From: Macrostomum lignano
Taxonomy: Eukaryota
Assembly (NCBI GenBank): GCA_002269645.1
Contig: NIVC01000716.1
Location: 269,426-333,425 of the forward strand
Length of the DNA stretch: 64,000 bases
Reading direction: 5' to 3'
Shown: positions 59,658 to 64,000 of the stretch, one piece after another
Layout: each line of letters begins with the position of its first letter
How positions within the stretch are numbered: position 1 is the stretch's first letter
Translations under genes and position numbers: made by a program
The notes under the pieces: model-generated
Seen by the model: only the letters and a program-made list of their open reading frames with translations
What the model was told of the DNA's origin: nothing
Databases searched by the model: none

Positions 59658-62120
59658 ATGGAAAGGAAAATACCAGCGGCCTCTTATGAATTTGATCTCG
59701 ACTCCGTTGAAGAAATTCGCGGTTTAATCTCCCCAATTCTTTCCGAATATTTGATGGCTAGAGATTCAATAAAATACAGAATTTCCTTTGTCGCAGAATT
59801 TTATAAAGGAACTACCGACAGTTGGATTGAGTTCCAATATCATTCAAAGTATCGAACTTTGTTAAATCTTCTCCAAGTGGAAACTAGTATAGAAAGTACA
59901 ATTCAGGATGTTCTGGATGAATTCGATGGATGGAAGGATAGTTTTAATGAAAGGGGATCAGGATATTATTTTGTTAAGTTAGTAAAGATTGTGTTGAAAG
60001 TTGTTGGCATTAATCAGTTGAAAGGAGGAACTTATATTCCAATTACAATTAAATCAAACGCATTAGTAAATGTTAAGAACACTACAGACAATAGGTGCTT
60101 TCTCTGGTCTATTTTAGCAAAGCTCCATCCTGTGAAGGAACATAGATATAGAGTTGGTAAGTATACACAGTATATAAATGAAATAAACTTAGGAGACGTT
60201 GAATTTCCAGTGGACATTCGAGATATCTCTGAGATTGAAAAGTTGAACAGTCTTCATATAAATGTGTTTGGATTAAGGGATATAAATACTAAAGAGTCAA
60301 TATATTCTATTCGTCTGACAGAAGATTACGACAACCCCAATGTTATTGATTTACTACTTGTCAAAAATTATTATTGTTTAATAACAGACTTGTGTTTATT
60401 CCTCACGTCCCAAAATTACAACAGGGTTTTTCTTTGTCGAAAGTGTCTTCAAGTTAAATACTCCCAGGATGCACTGGATAATCATAAAGCAATCTGTACT
60501 GACTTCAAAGTGTCAATTGAAGTTCCAAAGATTGATAAGAGGATATTAAAGTTTAAAAACTACCACATAAGTGTAAGAAAACCATTTGTGTTTTATGCAA
60601 TATTAGATTATGTAACGATGGATGATAAATCACTAGAGCTATCACAATGGACACTTTTTACTAGTTCCGACTATGAGGACATTATAAAATCAGATATTAT
60701 TTCAAATACTACAGTGGAATCATTCGTTGAAACCGTAATCAAAAAGTTTGAGCATATAAAAAATGAAATGGATAGATATAAACATCCAAGTTTAAGTGAT
60801 CTCGATGAGACTGATTACAAAGCGGCAGAACAATGTTTTCTCTGCTCAAGGCCATTTGTAAATAGTAAAAAAATTCGAGAGCATAATCACTACAATGGTA
60901 AATATCGCGGCGCAGCATGTCAATCATGTAATACCAAGGATGGCAAGGCGAATCAAACGGTACCGTTGTTTCTCCTGAATGAATCTGGAAAAGATATAAA
61001 CTATTTGATAGTTCCATTAACACGAATAAAGAATACAGCGTATAAATTGGATTTCATTTCTAAAACATCGGAAGACCATGTTGCAATTAAGTGAGGGAAT
61101 TATACCAGTGGTGTTGTGTTTTTAGATGGATCTAGGTTTTTGGAACCACCATTTACACTCTCTGAAGAAGAAATAAAATATTTGCCACCCAGTGATACAA
61201 CGGCAGTAATTAGAAAGATTTACTCATTTGTCAACGCTTTTGAGAAGTTTCGATCAACATTTTTGAAATATTTCAAGATAGATCCTGCGTATTGCTTTTC
61301 CCTTTCTGGATTATCGTGGGCATGTGGGTTGAAATATACCAATGTTGAGCTGGAATTACTTGGTGATAAAGATATGATATCCGTGGTAGAAAGTGGTATT
61401 CGCGGCGGTTTCTCTGGAGTTCTTGGAGATCGATATAAAAAAATGAACAATAAGTATTTAGAAAATTATGACAGCAATTCTGAATCGTCGTACATGTTAT
61501 AATTGGACAAGAATAATTTATATGGTGAAGCAATGATGAAAAATCTACCTGTGCGAGATTTCAAGTTTGAAAATGATCTAGAGTATCACAAGAATATTCC
61601 TAATGACAGGGGTTGTTTTCTTGAAGTTGACCTTCAATATACAGAGGAATGTAAGAAAGCTACAAGTAAATATCCACTGGCTCCTGAGAAACGAACAACT
61701 AGATTTGAGGATTTATCTGACATACAGAAGCAATACCTCGAAGTCGAAAAGAAAAAGTTTGTTCAATCCAAGTTGATGTTGACATTTTACAACAGTGATG
61801 CAATATCTCAGTGTTTATTCTCAGTGATTATAATTCTCAGTGATTACTCAGGATGTTTATGAGGATCTTGAAAAAATTAAAGAACACTTAGACACATCGG
61901 ATTATCCAAGAGAGCATCCACTATACTCCGAGACGAACAAGAAAGTCATTGGAAAGTTGAAAGATGAAATGAATGGCTCAATAATTTCCGAAGCTGTATT
62001 CCTGCGGTCAAAGGAGTATGCTTTCACTACAGTTTCAGGGGAGTGTGTTACGATCAAGGGGGTTGATAAAAGCAGTACAAATATAAAGTTTGAAACATTT
62101 AAAAACATACTATTGACAGA
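59658..62120 (+). pseudogene. pPolB of Polinton-3, fragmented and 3'-truncated
   Basis: ERGSGY, CFLWSIL, EHNHYNGKYRGAACQSCN, GIRGGFS, NNLYGEAM, VIGKLKDE, LRSKEY. Confidence 0.92.
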
Positions 62121-62963
62121 TTACAATTTCATTGTTAGTAAACCTCTCTTTGAACAAAGTAGTTACCTGTTTGAGTTTGTTGGCTCTTTGTATTGAATTT
62201 ATATTCTTCATTGTACTCTGTAGTTTCTTTTCAAGTGCTTTTAACTTCTCTTTATCATCAGCCGCCTTCTTAATTGCAATTTCGAGTCTAGTCTTTCGGT
62301 GGTTTAACTCACTGCTAACAAGATTTGATATTTTAAGAAATATGTCATTTATACTACTTAGTTCTCTCCACTTATCATCATCAAAATAGTAAATACCATC
62401 GCTATTGTAAATTATATTATTCTTCTTATATTCATAAACAAAGTTGGTTATGTTAACGTCAGTGAAATTATCATCAAGATACTCAATCCTACCATAGTAA
62501 TCATATTTGCTTTTCCATTCCTTATATTTGTTATAGTTTTCTTTACTTGCCCATTTCTTTAGTGTACCGATAGTAAGTCTGTCCTGTGCATCAGCAGAGC
62601 TGGCACTGGTGCTATTCCACTCCTTTTTACATGATTCGGAATCGAACTTATCATCATAATTTACTTTTGACCAATCAGTGAATACTTTGTACATTTCATC
62701 ACCACTGCCTATGTCGCGGAGTATAAGTGCTACCTTGTACCAAGAATCATAGTCTTGGTTTTTGTGTTGTATTATACTTAACAACTTTGAAACTCCTTCA
62801 CAAGTGGGTGGTGGAACGGTGCTTTTTAGTGCCTGTTTATCGGGTTCTTGGTTTTCTTTTTTATCCTGTGGCTCAATTAATCTATTTATCTCTTCAAGAA
62901 CTACAACTGGCATGTCTATTAACCTTTCGGGCTTTATACGTTTGTATTCCCTAATTTCACCAT
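62120..62963 (-). pseudogene. D5-like primase/helicase fragment (PriCT-2-type domain), truncated at both ends
   Basis: DYDSWYKVALIL...FTDWSK...KFD..SCKKEWNS...LTIGTLKKWA matches the PriCT-2 pattern. Confidence 0.75.
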
Positions 62964-63325
62964 AGTAGAAGGCGTGAGGGGGCTTTTGGGACAAAATTTT
63001 TCACATCCTCCATAATCCCATTAAATCCATCTATATTATCCCCGACAGAATCAGAAAAAAGGGGGGTCGCACTCGCTCACAAAACATCCTCCATAATCCC
63101 ATTAAATCCATCCATATTATCCCTGACAGAATCAGAGCATAACAGGTGTCCTACTGTTATGCTCTGAGGGTTTATGCTCTGAGCATAATCCACTAACATC
63201 CACCCATAGCATCTTCGAAACAATCAGAAAAGAATCTGCATTCTTCTCCCCACATTCAATCCGCAATGTGCTACCACATCCCAAAGACTTTAAATCATCA
63301 GAGCAGGGTCCTTACCCTTTGAAAA
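62964..63325 (+). repeat. Left TIR of a fourth Polinton (Polinton-1/2 family)
   Basis: AGTAGAAGGCGTGAGGGGGCTTTTGGGAC and the same subrepeats as 8384 and 31445; not followed by the family's genes within the window. Confidence 0.88.
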
Positions 63326-64000
63326 AATATAAATAATTTTATTATTCATTAGTAAGAATGATATATTTATTAACGGTTGCACAACTGATAGGATATGTAT
63401 CAACTATTACAAGATTATCAAAAATGGTAGAAAAAACAGACACTATGTAGGATCTGCGTTAGAATTCTTCAACAACATACAGAGCCAGCCTAGCGTTCCT
63501 TTGAGCCAGCAGCTAGATTCTCTAACGCCGTTAGAATTTTCTATGTGAAAATTTGGTGTGCCCAAGCTTATCTTGCGGGAAACTTTTCACATAGAAATTT
63601 CTAACAGCGTTAGAATTTCAAACCCACCGACTGAGTTGCACACAGTACTGAGAAAATTGCTACCCTCCTCTACTTAACCAATCGGCTGTCTCCAGTTGTT
63701 GAATCTACTCTTTGAAATTCTAACGCGTTAGAAAAATTCTAAATGAACTGAATTTAAAAATTACACAACTTTCCACGCAGGATCACTGGCCAAAATTTCT
63801 TCTAGAAACTTCATCTTAGAGTTTAGTTCCCTAATTGGCATTGACACCTGTCTCAAGCCTGGGTAGGTAACAGACAGTTTGTACAGACGAATGTACAAAT
63901 AGCCAGTTGATTCCTGGATGTTTACATTTTTACACAAATGGGCGAACCGCACTTTAACATCTTGTCCAAAGTTCTCGGTGCGATAAGTTTTTAGCAGCCG

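Larger units (their letters stand above)
49897..62963 (+). mobile_element. Polinton/Maverick-3 (divergent family; right part deleted and interrupted)
   Basis: Begins AGTAGTAGT. Carries PLA2-integrase, MCP, ATPase, penton, protease, fibre and pPolB. The right TIR is not in view. Confidence 0.9.

Overview
Repeat-rich eukaryotic, probably animal, nuclear DNA: it has spliceosomal introns, Gypsy/Copia/I-type retroelements, Cryptons and microsatellites. Polinton/Maverick (adintovirus-like) endogenous DNA viruses dominate the window. Polinton-1 spans 8384-25735 and is decayed with a truncated right end. Polinton-2 spans 31445-47255, is complete with ~400-bp TIRs and a 6-bp CCCACC target-site duplication, and lies in the opposite orientation inside the intron of a Crypton recombinase remnant. 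Polinton-3, a divergent family, spans ~49897-62963, and a fourth TIR of the Polinton-1/2 family starts at 62964. Main discovery: the PLA2-integrase gene of Polinton-3 is interrupted at its Gly|Pro codons by an 864-nt subgroup IC1-type group I intron (50550-51413) with all core pairings recognisable. The intron carries a PD-(D/E)XK, Eco47II/Sau96I-like nuclease ORF. The spliced junction recreates GGTCC (GGNCC). A by-eye scan found no GGNCC anywhere in the ~13 kb of Polinton-3, whereas the mirror motif CCNGG is common there and Polinton-1/2 carry GGNCC sites. The only clear host gene is a 3-exon FkbM-family methyltransferase. All counts are manual and need computational confirmation.
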